A stretch of DNA of 44,385 nt from Pseudomonadota bacterium. GTDB taxonomy: Bacteria; Pseudomonadota; Gammaproteobacteria; Acidiferrobacterales; UBA6901. Of the stretch, positions 36,090-44,230 are shown one piece after another. The DNA lies in assembly GCA_043738765.1 (NCBI GenBank), contig JAYUFH010000074.1, positions 1 to 44,385 of the forward strand. The letters are read 5' to 3'. Position numbers and translations under genes: made by a program. The notes beneath the pieces were generated by a model that was not told the DNA's origin, did no database searches, and saw only the letters and a program-made list of their open reading frames with translations. Each line of letters opens with the position of its first letter. Position 1 is the stretch's first letter.

Positions 36090-37889
36090 TCAGTTTATGC
36101 GTTGTATGCGCCCATCGATGACATAGCTGAAAGGCTGCGGAAGGCCGCCGATATATTTCACCAAGGCATCGAGGTCCACAGGCCCAACGACGGGGTGTGC
36201 GCCCTGGGTAAGGACAGTGAAATTGTCGCCGCCAGCAGCAAGGAAACTATTAACGGTGACAGTGTAAAGGACGCTGGCGTCGATCGGCTGTCCGGCAACG
36301 GTACGCATCTCGACGATGCGGTCGCCTACGGGCCGTGCGTTATCCCACGCATAGGTCAGGCCGGACACTTTTAACAGGCGCGGATACGGCTGGCCTGCCC
36401 ACTGTTGGTTGAGCAAGGCCTTGATCTGGTCACCGTTCAGGTCGAGGCGAACCAGGTCATTGTTGAACGGTTGCACGCTGAACAAGGCCCCCCAGGTTAC
36501 CTCGCCGGCGTTGATGTCGGCGCGTATGCCCCCTGGATTCATGAAGGCGAAGTCGCTACCCATGGCCTTGCGTTGCGCATCGGCGATCAAGTTACCCAGG
36601 GCCGACTCGCCGGCACTGTTTTCTGTCTTGAGCACGTTAGTGGCCGCAACCCCGATGACCCGGTTGACCAGCGGAGCAACCCTGGCCTCGGCCTGCATAA
36701 CCAGCTGTGCCACCTGCGCGTCGGGAGTCAATCCGGCCCCGGCATCCGCCCAGGTGGTGACGATGGATGCGGATTTCTCCACGATGTCGCGACTCACGGG
36801 ATCGACCGCGACGTCGATATCGTCATAGGCGGTACCGGCGGAAAACGCCTGGGTGACGAGGATCTGCTTGCCATGACGGTTGGCGACCAGGGCATTGGTG
36901 AATCCATGGGCATGCCCGGAGATAACGATATCGACCTCATCATCGAGGCGCGACACGATATCTTCGATGGCGCCGGTAAGGACCTGCGGCGCACTCTTGG
37001 TAGGACCCGTGTAGGCGCTACCATACGTACCCTGGTGGATGGTCACGATGATCGCGTGCACGCCACGCGCCTTGAGTTCCGGGATATAGGAGTTGATGGC
37101 CTCGGCCTCATCCAGAAAACGCACCCCGGACACACCGGAAGGCGTCACGATACTGGGTGTCTCCTTCAGGACAGCACCGATAAACGCGATGGGTATGCCA
37201 AGCACCCGTTTAATGACGTAAGGAGGCAGCAGGGTACGTCCGCTCGTGGCATCCACCACGTTCGCACATATATAAGGGAAGCGTGCTCCCCGATAGTCCG
37301 CATCGAGGAATGGGCCTTGGGCATGTATACCACCATTGATCAGGCGCGACATTTCCGCGACGCCTTCGTCGAACTCATGATTGCCAAGAGTGCCGACCAG
37401 GTTGCAACCCGGGTGCATGCGATTGCGATAGCGGCATTGATCATTCGCCAGCATGTTCAGAAAAGTGATCGATGGCTCATCCTGTAGCAAGGCGGAGACC
37501 GGCGGACTGGCGCCGACCTGGTCCCCGGCGTGCACGATAAATGCGCCGTTTTCAGACTGGTCCGCCGCCGCCTCCAGATAAGCGGCCAGCACCGGCGCAC
37601 TCCCGACAGGGCGTCCACCGACCTTTTTTCCACTGGATAACTGTCCGTGAAAATCGTTGAACCCAAGAATCTTAAAGCGCACCCACGCGGCGGGGTTCTC
37701 TATGCGCTCGTCGCGCCAACTGACCTCCTTCTCCGCGTGACCACGTTGCTCTATGGTATCCCGCTCTGCTTCATCCGCCTCGTGGCTGTGAAAGTAAACG
37801 CCCGCCAGAGCGACCGGTGCGAACGCACCGGACAGCGTCACGACCAGCGTAACAATGGCAAAAAAGTATTTCCGCAATAACCCTGTCAT
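36090..37889 (-). CDS. Secreted bifunctional metallophosphatase / 5'-nucleotidase (UshA family)
   Basis: Signal peptide. Metallophosphoesterase motifs GFNDFHG, HAGDQ, LGNHEFD, GHAHG. C-terminal 5'-nucleotidase domain (FMNPGGIRADI, VNSFLAAGGDNF). Confidence 0.88.
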   Translation of the reverse strand: MTGLLRKYFFAIVTLVVTLSGAFAPVALAGVYFHSHEADEAERDTIEQRGHAEKEVSWRDERIENPAAWVRFKILGFNDFHGQLSSGKKVGGRPVGSAPVLAAYLEAAADQSENGAFIVHAGDQVGASPPVSALLQDEPSITFLNMLANDQCRYRNRMHPGCNLVGTLGNHEFDEGVAEMSRLINGGIHAQGPFLDADYRGARFPYICANVVDATSGRTLLPPYVIKRVLGIPIAFIGAVLKETPSIVTPSGVSGVRFLDEAEAINSYIPELKARGVHAIIVTIHQGTYGSAYTGPTKSAPQVLTGAIEDIVSRLDDEVDIVISGHAHGFTNALVANRHGKQILVTQAFSAGTAYDDIDVAVDPVSRDIVEKSASIVTTWADAGAGLTPDAQVAQLVMQAEARVAPLVNRVIGVAATNVLKTENSAGESALGNLIADAQRKAMGSDFAFMNPGGIRADINAGEVTWGALFSVQPFNNDLVRLDLNGDQIKALLNQQWAGQPYPRLLKVSGLTYAWDNARPVGDRIVEMRTVAGQPIDASVLYTVTVNSFLAAGGDNFTVLTQGAHPVVGPVDLDALVKYIGGLPQPFSYVIDGRIQRIN

Positions 37890-38129
37890 TACCTAATCTC
37901 CGCGGCCTGGGCCCTAGTCTGTTTGTATCGGATAGCAGCCGGACTTTGATGTCCCAAACCCGCCGCCGAGGTGCCACCGCGCCATTTCCCTGGCACGGCG
38001 ACCTATGCAGCCAACGCTGACTGCCACCTCTCCTGTTGCCGGTATCCCGTCCGGCATGACGCGCGACGTGTGGGGTTCACGCCGGCGTTTCCCTGCGGCC
38101 ACAATTGGCGGCCTGCATCGAAATGATGC

Positions 38130-40643
38130 TTACTCGTTGTGGCCCTTGATCCGCCCAGCGTGCCCCCTATCGCCTTCCGCTGTGTTCAGTTTCAGCGGCT
38201 CATCCAGTTCGATCACGATGAACTCACTATCGTCCGGCTGTCCGCTGCCCACATGACGTCCGACGCTAAACGGGTAGTTGTTGTCGTTCAGCACGCCGAT
38301 GTGCTTGCGGTCCAGCACCACGACGTCCTCAATGGTGACGAAGGGAAAGGCAAAGTGCCGGCCGATGCCGATGTCACCGGGCAATCCCGGCTCGGAAATA
38401 AGATTCGGATCATGCATGTCCAGAAGATTGACAGCGGCTTCCTTGGCGACCGGTTGTGCATCGCCCCTTAAGGTGATGTTGTAGATCATCTTGAAACCGT
38501 TGAGATCCCCCTGACTGCCATCGCGCTCGATCACCAGGCCGTGCTCGTCGTCGGTCATCACGAAATCACCGATGGAGGTTCCACGTTGGTCGAGGGGGTA
38601 TTCATAGTATTTCCCCGTGTAACGTTTGCTCGCCAGATCGAACTCGTGGATCAGCAGCTTGTTTGTCAGTGTCCCGACCAGGGGTTTTTCCAGCAGGGGT
38701 AGCAATGCGCGCCCATCCGCGGTCAGGGCCATGCCTTCGAATCCACCGCTGGCTCGGACACGGAAAGGATGCGTCAACACGGTTGAACGGTATGGCCATT
38801 GGAGCCCGGCCATCCAAGGCGTATTGGCACCATTCTCATCCTGCATATTGGTGCCATCGTCCGTGTCCGGGCTGTTGTAGATGGGGAAATCGCCGAACAG
38901 GTACACGGTACGGATCTGCGGGAACTTCTCCTGCACATAAAGCAGCGTACGGAAATCGAAACTTTGCACGTCGGCGCGCTCGGCCATGCCATTGGCGACG
39001 ATCAGGCCGGCAATTTTATCCGTCATGCTGACAAAATCGACGGTACGATCCTTATAGACGATACCGCGGGAATCGCGGTCGCTACGCGGGTTGATTTTAG
39101 TTTCAATATTAAAACGTACCTGCGCCGCGTTATGCCAGCGGCGTGCGGCATCCGGGTGATGGCTGCCGGCGCCCGTCCGGTAGTAGTCGACATAAAAATT
39201 GACGAAATCGAACAGCTGCTGCAGCGTCGGCATAACGTACGGGTCCATGAGTCCGTGGCTCGCGGCGTACTTCACAGCCACCGGCGACAGGACGCGGTCG
39301 TTACGCTGGGACGGGCCGCGGAACGTCATGTCGCAGACAAACATGGACTGGATCTCACCGACCGTGAAATCCTTGATAAGCACCTGGCTGTCGAGGGTGT
39401 ACGGCGAACCATCGGCGCGCCGGCATTTACCGGCTTCAATGTATGGATCGTGGCTGATGGTCGGCACGCCGTCGCGGCTGATGCCGCTGTCGGTCTCGAG
39501 CGTGGACATGAGGTTATCCAGGCCCACTTCCATCGACGGCAGGGTATTTTCCGGCCGCAGGTTGCGTCCACCACGGTGCGCCTGGGCGTCAAACTTTTTT
39601 CCATCAATCAGGCCATCGGCATCCAGATAATCGCCAGGCACGCCGTCGCCGTTGGCATCGAATTCCCGCACCGCCTGCAACAACACGTCCGGCCGGTCGG
39701 AAATGATCCCATTGATGCCCAGCCCCATTAACTCCAGCATGCGTGGCTTGTCGTCGACCGTCCAGGTCACTATGGGATAGCCGGCCTTCTGCAGGGACTG
39801 GATATCGAAGATATCACTCGCCGCTGGCGTCAGCCCTGGTTGCGGGTTGCTGTCACGTGCGTAGTGGCCTACCGTCGGATTACTGTCCTTGAGCATCACA
39901 TGGTACGGTGAAAAAACGGGGGTATGCATATCATTGTGGGCGCGCGCATGGGCATGCACGGCATTCATAATACGCACTGCGCTGGCCTCTTCGTTATAGG
40001 GATTTTGCGGCGAACGCAACTCACCACCGTTGACAAAGTCCGGCAGCGGTATCGGCGCCTCCAACACCCGGCCGCGGGCGTCCGTGTGCACCAGGAAGGG
40101 GCCGAACTCGTCACCAAACCAGAGCGTTCCATCAGGGGCACGCTGCATGGATTCTATGTCCAGGTCGGCCCCGGTCAGGATGCGGTCAGGGCTGAAGTCA
40201 TTGGTAATGGCGTAGGGGATGCGATGATCCGGGTCGTGCAGTTCAAAAAAGCTTTCAACGGATATCGCGCCGCTACCTGAGTGCGCGGTCTTGAATTCCG
40301 GCCGTACGGTGTATACACGCAGGTTAAAATCCGCGGAATTCTCCATGCTGCCGAAACCATTGTCCGCCATGAGCATGAAACTACCATCGTTATTATTCAG
40401 CACAGCGGAAAAACCCTGTACCGGCTGCTTATTGGTGAACGGCACCTCCTGCCCATTGATCGGACCGGGTGCGATTTGTCTGCCCGAGGTCGGGCCTTGT
40501 GCGAAGGTCGCGGATGGCAACAGGGCGCGTGCGACCAATTTGTTATCGGCGTTTGCCGTTGTGCCGATAGTGGCGATGCAAAGGCCCATGGCGAGCGCTA
40601 GCAGTGATTTATTAAATACATTTTTATTCTGCAATAACTGCAT
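38130..40643 (-). CDS. Secreted phytase-like (esterase-like activity of phytase) protein with an internal glycerophosphodiester phosphodiesterase (GDPD) domain
   Basis: Start at ATG 40643 gives the signal peptide MQLLQNKNVFNKSLLALAMGLCIATIGTTANA. Phytase-like motifs at both ends (GFSAVL..DGSFMLMADNGFG; GGFEGMALTADG; VLNDNNYPF). GDPD motifs in the middle (AHRGGRNLRPENTLPS, LETDSGISRDGVPTISHD, FNIETK, and VTWTVDD..GINGIISDRPD). Confidence 0.8.
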   Translation of the reverse strand: MQLLQNKNVFNKSLLALAMGLCIATIGTTANADNKLVARALLPSATFAQGPTSGRQIAPGPINGQEVPFTNKQPVQGFSAVLNNNDGSFMLMADNGFGSMENSADFNLRVYTVRPEFKTAHSGSGAISVESFFELHDPDHRIPYAITNDFSPDRILTGADLDIESMQRAPDGTLWFGDEFGPFLVHTDARGRVLEAPIPLPDFVNGGELRSPQNPYNEEASAVRIMNAVHAHARAHNDMHTPVFSPYHVMLKDSNPTVGHYARDSNPQPGLTPAASDIFDIQSLQKAGYPIVTWTVDDKPRMLELMGLGINGIISDRPDVLLQAVREFDANGDGVPGDYLDADGLIDGKKFDAQAHRGGRNLRPENTLPSMEVGLDNLMSTLETDSGISRDGVPTISHDPYIEAGKCRRADGSPYTLDSQVLIKDFTVGEIQSMFVCDMTFRGPSQRNDRVLSPVAVKYAASHGLMDPYVMPTLQQLFDFVNFYVDYYRTGAGSHHPDAARRWHNAAQVRFNIETKINPRSDRDSRGIVYKDRTVDFVSMTDKIAGLIVANGMAERADVQSFDFRTLLYVQEKFPQIRTVYLFGDFPIYNSPDTDDGTNMQDENGANTPWMAGLQWPYRSTVLTHPFRVRASGGFEGMALTADGRALLPLLEKPLVGTLTNKLLIHEFDLASKRYTGKYYEYPLDQRGTSIGDFVMTDDEHGLVIERDGSQGDLNGFKMIYNITLRGDAQPVAKEAAVNLLDMHDPNLISEPGLPGDIGIGRHFAFPFVTIEDVVVLDRKHIGVLNDNNYPFSVGRHVGSGQPDDSEFIVIELDEPLKLNTAEGDRGHAGRIKGHNE

Positions 40644-40742
40644 ATCGTTTCCCCTTGAAATTATGTCGTTTCGCAACGGGAAATCCACTCGCCCCGTGCA
40701 TTGGCCATCTCCAGGCGCCTTAATATGTCGCCCGCCTATCAC

Positions 40743-40782
40743 AACACCAGAACATGACAGGCGAAGGACATTGAAATGACAA
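40743..40782 (-). promoter_or_regulatory. Two tandem Pho boxes (four 7-mers at an exact 11-bp period) upstream of the phytase/GDPD gene
   Basis: Minus strand: TTGTCAT-ttca-ATGTCCT-tcgc-CTGTCAT-gttc-TGGTGTT, compared with the PhoB consensus CTGTCAT-N4-CTGTCAT. A TATTAA hexamer (40720-40725) lies 17 nt downstream. Confidence 0.6.
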
Positions 40783-40885
40783 TTGGTCAATAAGCGAACG
40801 CTGACCACCCCGAAGACGCGTGCGACTGCGTGGCCGGAATGCAAACAGATTAAACGTCCTCAACCCGGCGATCGAATAAAGGATC

Positions 40886-40903
40886 CTGTAAAAATTCTGA
40901 CAT
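40886..40903 (+). promoter_or_regulatory. Plus-strand Pho-box-like site
   Basis: CTGTAAA-aatt-CTGACAT (11 of 14 half-site matches). A TACTAT hexamer lies 12 nt downstream. About 125 bp upstream of small ORF 41028. Confidence 0.4.
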
Positions 40904-41027
40904 TCTGTTGGCGGATACTATTTATCAGGCATCACGCTGATAACCGCCGGATCAATCGGTCCGGCCAGAGAAGGCCAGGTGACATTCACGTAGCTCTACA
41001 TTGTCTACATGAAGAGGAGGGACTACG

Positions 41028-41213
41028 ATGCATCCTACAGAGTCAGAGGAGTGGAAAATCGATCGCTTATTGCACGAATTGAACATCCACCTGCAGGATA
41101 TTCCGCTGGATGAAAATGAAGCGGCTGATTTTTCAGTATCCAACGACCTGGAATTACAGAAATTGATAGATGGACTTAATGAGCGGCTACCTCGCGAGGA
41201 GGCTGGAACTTGA
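41028..41213 (+). CDS. Small acidic hypothetical protein (61 aa)
   Basis: AGGAGG (41015-41020) lies 7 nt before the ATG. The sequence looks helical and amphipathic (EEWKIDRLLHELNIHLQDIPLDENEAADF...LQKLIDGLNERL). Its 3' end overlaps the convergent coiled-coil gene by 38 nt. No homology recognised. Confidence 0.4.
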   Translation: MHPTESEEWKIDRLLHELNIHLQDIPLDENEAADFSVSNDLELQKLIDGLNERLPREEAGT

Positions 41214-41775
41214 GGTCACCCAGAATATTTTTGTACTGCTCGGCGATATTGTCGATCTCCACGCGCTTCAGCTGGGTAACCGGCTCCTTCTGCAACAGGG
41301 CATCGAACACGCCTTTTCTGCGATAGCGGTTAGCCAATTCCATGCTTATCTGGTAGATCTTCAAATTGTTATCCGCACAGGTACGCACCTGCTGCGTGCG
41401 CTCAATGCCATCATTCTGCGCGGCCAGCAAGTCGGCCGATAGCTGTTGATTTTTTTCAGTCATCTCCCGCAGTCTCTCTCCGAGACTGGAACTGTTCTCC
41501 CGATACTTGGAAATGGCCACGTCGGATGTTTTCCGCTGCGTCGCCAACCTGGCATTAGCGGCATCCAACTGCGCCTTGAGCTGTGCATTATCCGTCTTCA
41601 AGGTATCGCGTTCCGTGGAAACCTGTTTCAGCAGATATTGGGCCTTGGCCAGCACGCGCTGATCATCCGGATCCCGGCGTGTCGTATCGGCGCGCGCCTT
41701 GGTGATTTGGCCCACCACCAGGGCGAACAGGATGAGCGTTAAAAGAGTGGTCCTGAATATTTTATATCCCAGCAT
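41176..41775 (-). CDS. Exported coiled-coil protein (possibly DUF3450/TtpB-like)
   Basis: Start at ATG 41775 (AAGGAGGA upstream). Signal or anchor helix TTLLTLILFALVVGQITKARA. Long heptad-like region (LKTDNAQLKAQLDAANARLATQ...). Lies 43 bp after the porin-like gene. Confidence 0.65.
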   Translation of the reverse strand: MLGYKIFRTTLLTLILFALVVGQITKARADTTRRDPDDQRVLAKAQYLLKQVSTERDTLKTDNAQLKAQLDAANARLATQRKTSDVAISKYRENSSSLGERLREMTEKNQQLSADLLAAQNDGIERTQQVRTCADNNLKIYQISMELANRYRRKGVFDALLQKEPVTQLKRVEIDNIAEQYKNILGDLKFQPPREVAAH

Positions 41776-41818
41776 GCATCCTCCTTGCGCCACGACCGCA
41801 TGCAGCGGTGCGGCGATA

Positions 41819-43501
41819 TCAAAATTTGGCATTCAGGTCGAGCTGTAACACATCGATGCCCAGGGGCGGCCCGTCGATGGCATCGGCGGTGATGTAGCGC
41901 AACCCCAAGGAAACATTGTCACGCAGCGCATAATTGCCGCCGAGTATCCAGCCCTCGGCGTCGGTACCGCCGAGGTGAAAATCAGAATCGGTAAAGGCGT
42001 CCAATACGGCATCGCGCTCAAGGTGTTTAAAAGCCAGGAAGGTCTGCCAATTTCCCGCCCTTTTCGTATCGGGCCTGCCTAACGTGAGTTTGAGCTGATA
42101 ACCCTTGGTATGCGGATCGAGCCGATTGGCGGGACCGCTGACATTGCCGCCGGTGCGCTGTAGCACCTCCTGCACGTCGTAACCGATATTTTTTACATAG
42201 TCGCCGGTGACAACGACATGCGTCGGAGAGAAGGTCGCCAAATCATAAGAGAAGGTGGCATTTAACTCTTTGTAGTCGGCGGCAAGCCCATACAGACGGG
42301 CATTCGGGTCGGTATCGTTATTGATCTGGAACATCGTATTGCCCTTCTGCAGGAACTGCGGGGCGGTGTAGTCCAACGTCCGGCTGTTGACCGTCGGGTT
42401 GAGCTGTCCCGTGATGTTGCGATAGTCGTAGTAAGCGATTGCGAAACGCAGGCGCGAGTCGCTCTGGAATGCCATATCGAAACCCATCTGGGTCGCGTAC
42501 AACCATTTGTCCTGCGTGCTGCGCTCGATCTCCTGAATCGGGAACGCGCCCAGGGTGATGTAGGGATTAAATGCGCGCGTGTAGCCTTTGCCGCGCATCA
42601 GCGGGTAGAATTTCCCCGCCACGCCGTCAAAATTGACGTCCGGGTCCCAGACGAGATCGGTACTGAACCAAGGATTGGGCATGCGTCCGCCCCACAGATT
42701 CACCGATGAGGCGGGCGACTCATACTGCAGAAACACACGGTCAAGGATGAGCTGATAGGGGCGATTGCTGTTACCCATGGTCTGGTTGGTCGATACCGGA
42801 TCGGCTAGATTACCAGTGGCAATGCGCAATCCAGCACTGACGCCAGCGGAAAGATCGGCTGTCATGCCCAAGCGCAAACGCGTGCGCAACCGGCTGCGGT
42901 CCACGGTGGCGTTTAAGTAGTCCTCCTCCTGTGCCGGGTTTGAAAATCCACGCTTGTCGTTTATTTTCTGGAAATTCTGATAGGTATACGGGGCATTACT
43001 ACCGGCATAGCCGATTTTCTCCCATCGCAGCCGCAGGTCGCCCTCCCATTTTATACGCTGCGTCCATTCGGGGATCAGCCCAGGAAATATCCAATGCTCT
43101 CTCTCGGCCTGGAGTGCGACGTCTTGCACGACCTCTTTCCTTAATTCGTTGCGCACCTGTTCGCGTAGCTCTTGCTTGACGATCTCCGGGACATAAGGGA
43201 CGCGCACGACACCCGGCTGCTTCTCGTCCGCCGCGGGTTCCGCCGCAGGCTCACTCACCACCTTGGCGGCGTCGGCCTGCGCCTTGCGGATCATGGCGTC
43301 CGCCTGGGCGCGGGTGAGCACGCCTTGATTGACCAATTCGTCGACGAGGTTGACGATGGTCGCGTGTAGCTCCGTTATGTCCTTGGTTTTATCGGCCTGG
43401 GTTTTATCGGCCTGGGTCTCATCGGCCGGTGCACCCATGCTGGCCAGCGCCAGCATAAAAAATACCGCGCTCAGTATGCGGGCCTTGTTCATTTTCGGCA
43501 T
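41819..43501 (-). CDS. Porin-like outer-membrane beta-barrel protein with a long charged N-terminal extension
   Basis: Signal peptide MPKMNKARILSAVFFMLALASMGAPA. About 130 aa of low-complexity or helical charged region. Alternating beta-strand pattern. C-terminal ...LQLDLNAKF (terminal Phe OMP signature). Resembles the 'putative porin' families. Confidence 0.65.
   Translation of the reverse strand: MPKMNKARILSAVFFMLALASMGAPADETQADKTQADKTKDITELHATIVNLVDELVNQGVLTRAQADAMIRKAQADAAKVVSEPAAEPAADEKQPGVVRVPYVPEIVKQELREQVRNELRKEVVQDVALQAEREHWIFPGLIPEWTQRIKWEGDLRLRWEKIGYAGSNAPYTYQNFQKINDKRGFSNPAQEEDYLNATVDRSRLRTRLRLGMTADLSAGVSAGLRIATGNLADPVSTNQTMGNSNRPYQLILDRVFLQYESPASSVNLWGGRMPNPWFSTDLVWDPDVNFDGVAGKFYPLMRGKGYTRAFNPYITLGAFPIQEIERSTQDKWLYATQMGFDMAFQSDSRLRFAIAYYDYRNITGQLNPTVNSRTLDYTAPQFLQKGNTMFQINNDTDPNARLYGLAADYKELNATFSYDLATFSPTHVVVTGDYVKNIGYDVQEVLQRTGGNVSGPANRLDPHTKGYQLKLTLGRPDTKRAGNWQTFLAFKHLERDAVLDAFTDSDFHLGGTDAEGWILGGNYALRDNVSLGLRYITADAIDGPPLGIDVLQLDLNAKF
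43385..43429 (-). repeat. In-frame 15-bp tandem repeat (x3, third copy degenerate) in the porin-like gene
   Basis: GGTTTTATCGGCCTG at 43385-43399 and 43400-43414, then GGTCTCATCGGCCGG at 43415-43429. Encodes ...ETQADKTQADKT... Confidence 0.85.
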
Positions 43502-43539
43502 GACGTCACAACCCTGATTTTGTTATTTTGCATTAAGCG

Positions 43540-43569
43540 CTGCGTGTGGCGGCCGGCGCCATGACGCAG
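43540..43569. other. GC-rich hairpin between tonB and the porin-like gene
   Basis: CTGCGT-G-TGGCG / gccgg / CGCCA-TG-ACGCAG. No U-tract on the transcribed (minus) strand, so it may be an attenuator, a processing site or a REP-like element. Confidence 0.4.
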
Positions 43570-43575
43570 TGCTTG

Positions 43576-44208
43576 CTATAGACGCGAGGTGATGCGCAAC
43601 TTCACCGGCTGCGGCATATCTCCCGGCGGCGCCTCATGCACACGGTCGAGCTCGGACAACGCCACCTTAAGCGAATGATCCAAATCCGCACTGCCGGTGG
43701 AATTGACTAGCTCGAAGCGTTGCACGCGGCCGTTGGCATCGATCCATAAATTAAGCACCAGTGTGTAATGGCCCTTGCGCACGCGCTTATTTTCCGCAAG
43801 CAGCCCGGTGATGTCCTGCTTCAGCACGCCTGCGTACCAGGCAAACGGGCCGCCGGCCATGAGATCGCGCCCGCCCTTCTTACCGACTAGGCCGAAACTG
43901 TCGCCGCCGGCGCTGCCATCGGCATCGACACCGAGGTCAGCACCCGGCGGTGGTTCATCGTTGGCCGCCTGCGGCGGTGGCTCCACTTCCTGCATCTCCT
44001 GCACCTTGGGTATTTCCGGAGGTGGCTGCTCCACTGGCGGAGGCGGCGGCGCGAGCAGCGTGATCTGCTGCACCACGCGTTTCGGTTGGGTCGGAACACC
44101 AGATACCACCTGATGCACGAAATACACGATGCCACTCGCTACCGTGGACAACAGAAAAATTCCGGTGAGCACGGGCAGTTGGCGTTTTAAGCGTTGCATG
44201 GCCTGCAT
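43576..44208 (-). CDS. tonB: Energy transducer TonB
   Basis: N-terminal TM anchor. Pro-rich spacer (LLAPPPPPVEQPPPEIPKVQE...EPPPQ). C-terminal TonB domain (YTLVLNLWIDANGRVQRFELVNSTG...). GAGGAGAG Shine-Dalgarno upstream. Confidence 0.88.
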   Translation of the reverse strand: MQAMQRLKRQLPVLTGIFLLSTVASGIVYFVHQVVSGVPTQPKRVVQQITLLAPPPPPVEQPPPEIPKVQEMQEVEPPPQAANDEPPPGADLGVDADGSAGGDSFGLVGKKGGRDLMAGGPFAWYAGVLKQDITGLLAENKRVRKGHYTLVLNLWIDANGRVQRFELVNSTGSADLDHSLKVALSELDRVHEAPPGDMPQPVKLRITSRL

Positions 44209-44230
44209 ACTGACTCTCCTCGTGAGGTGT

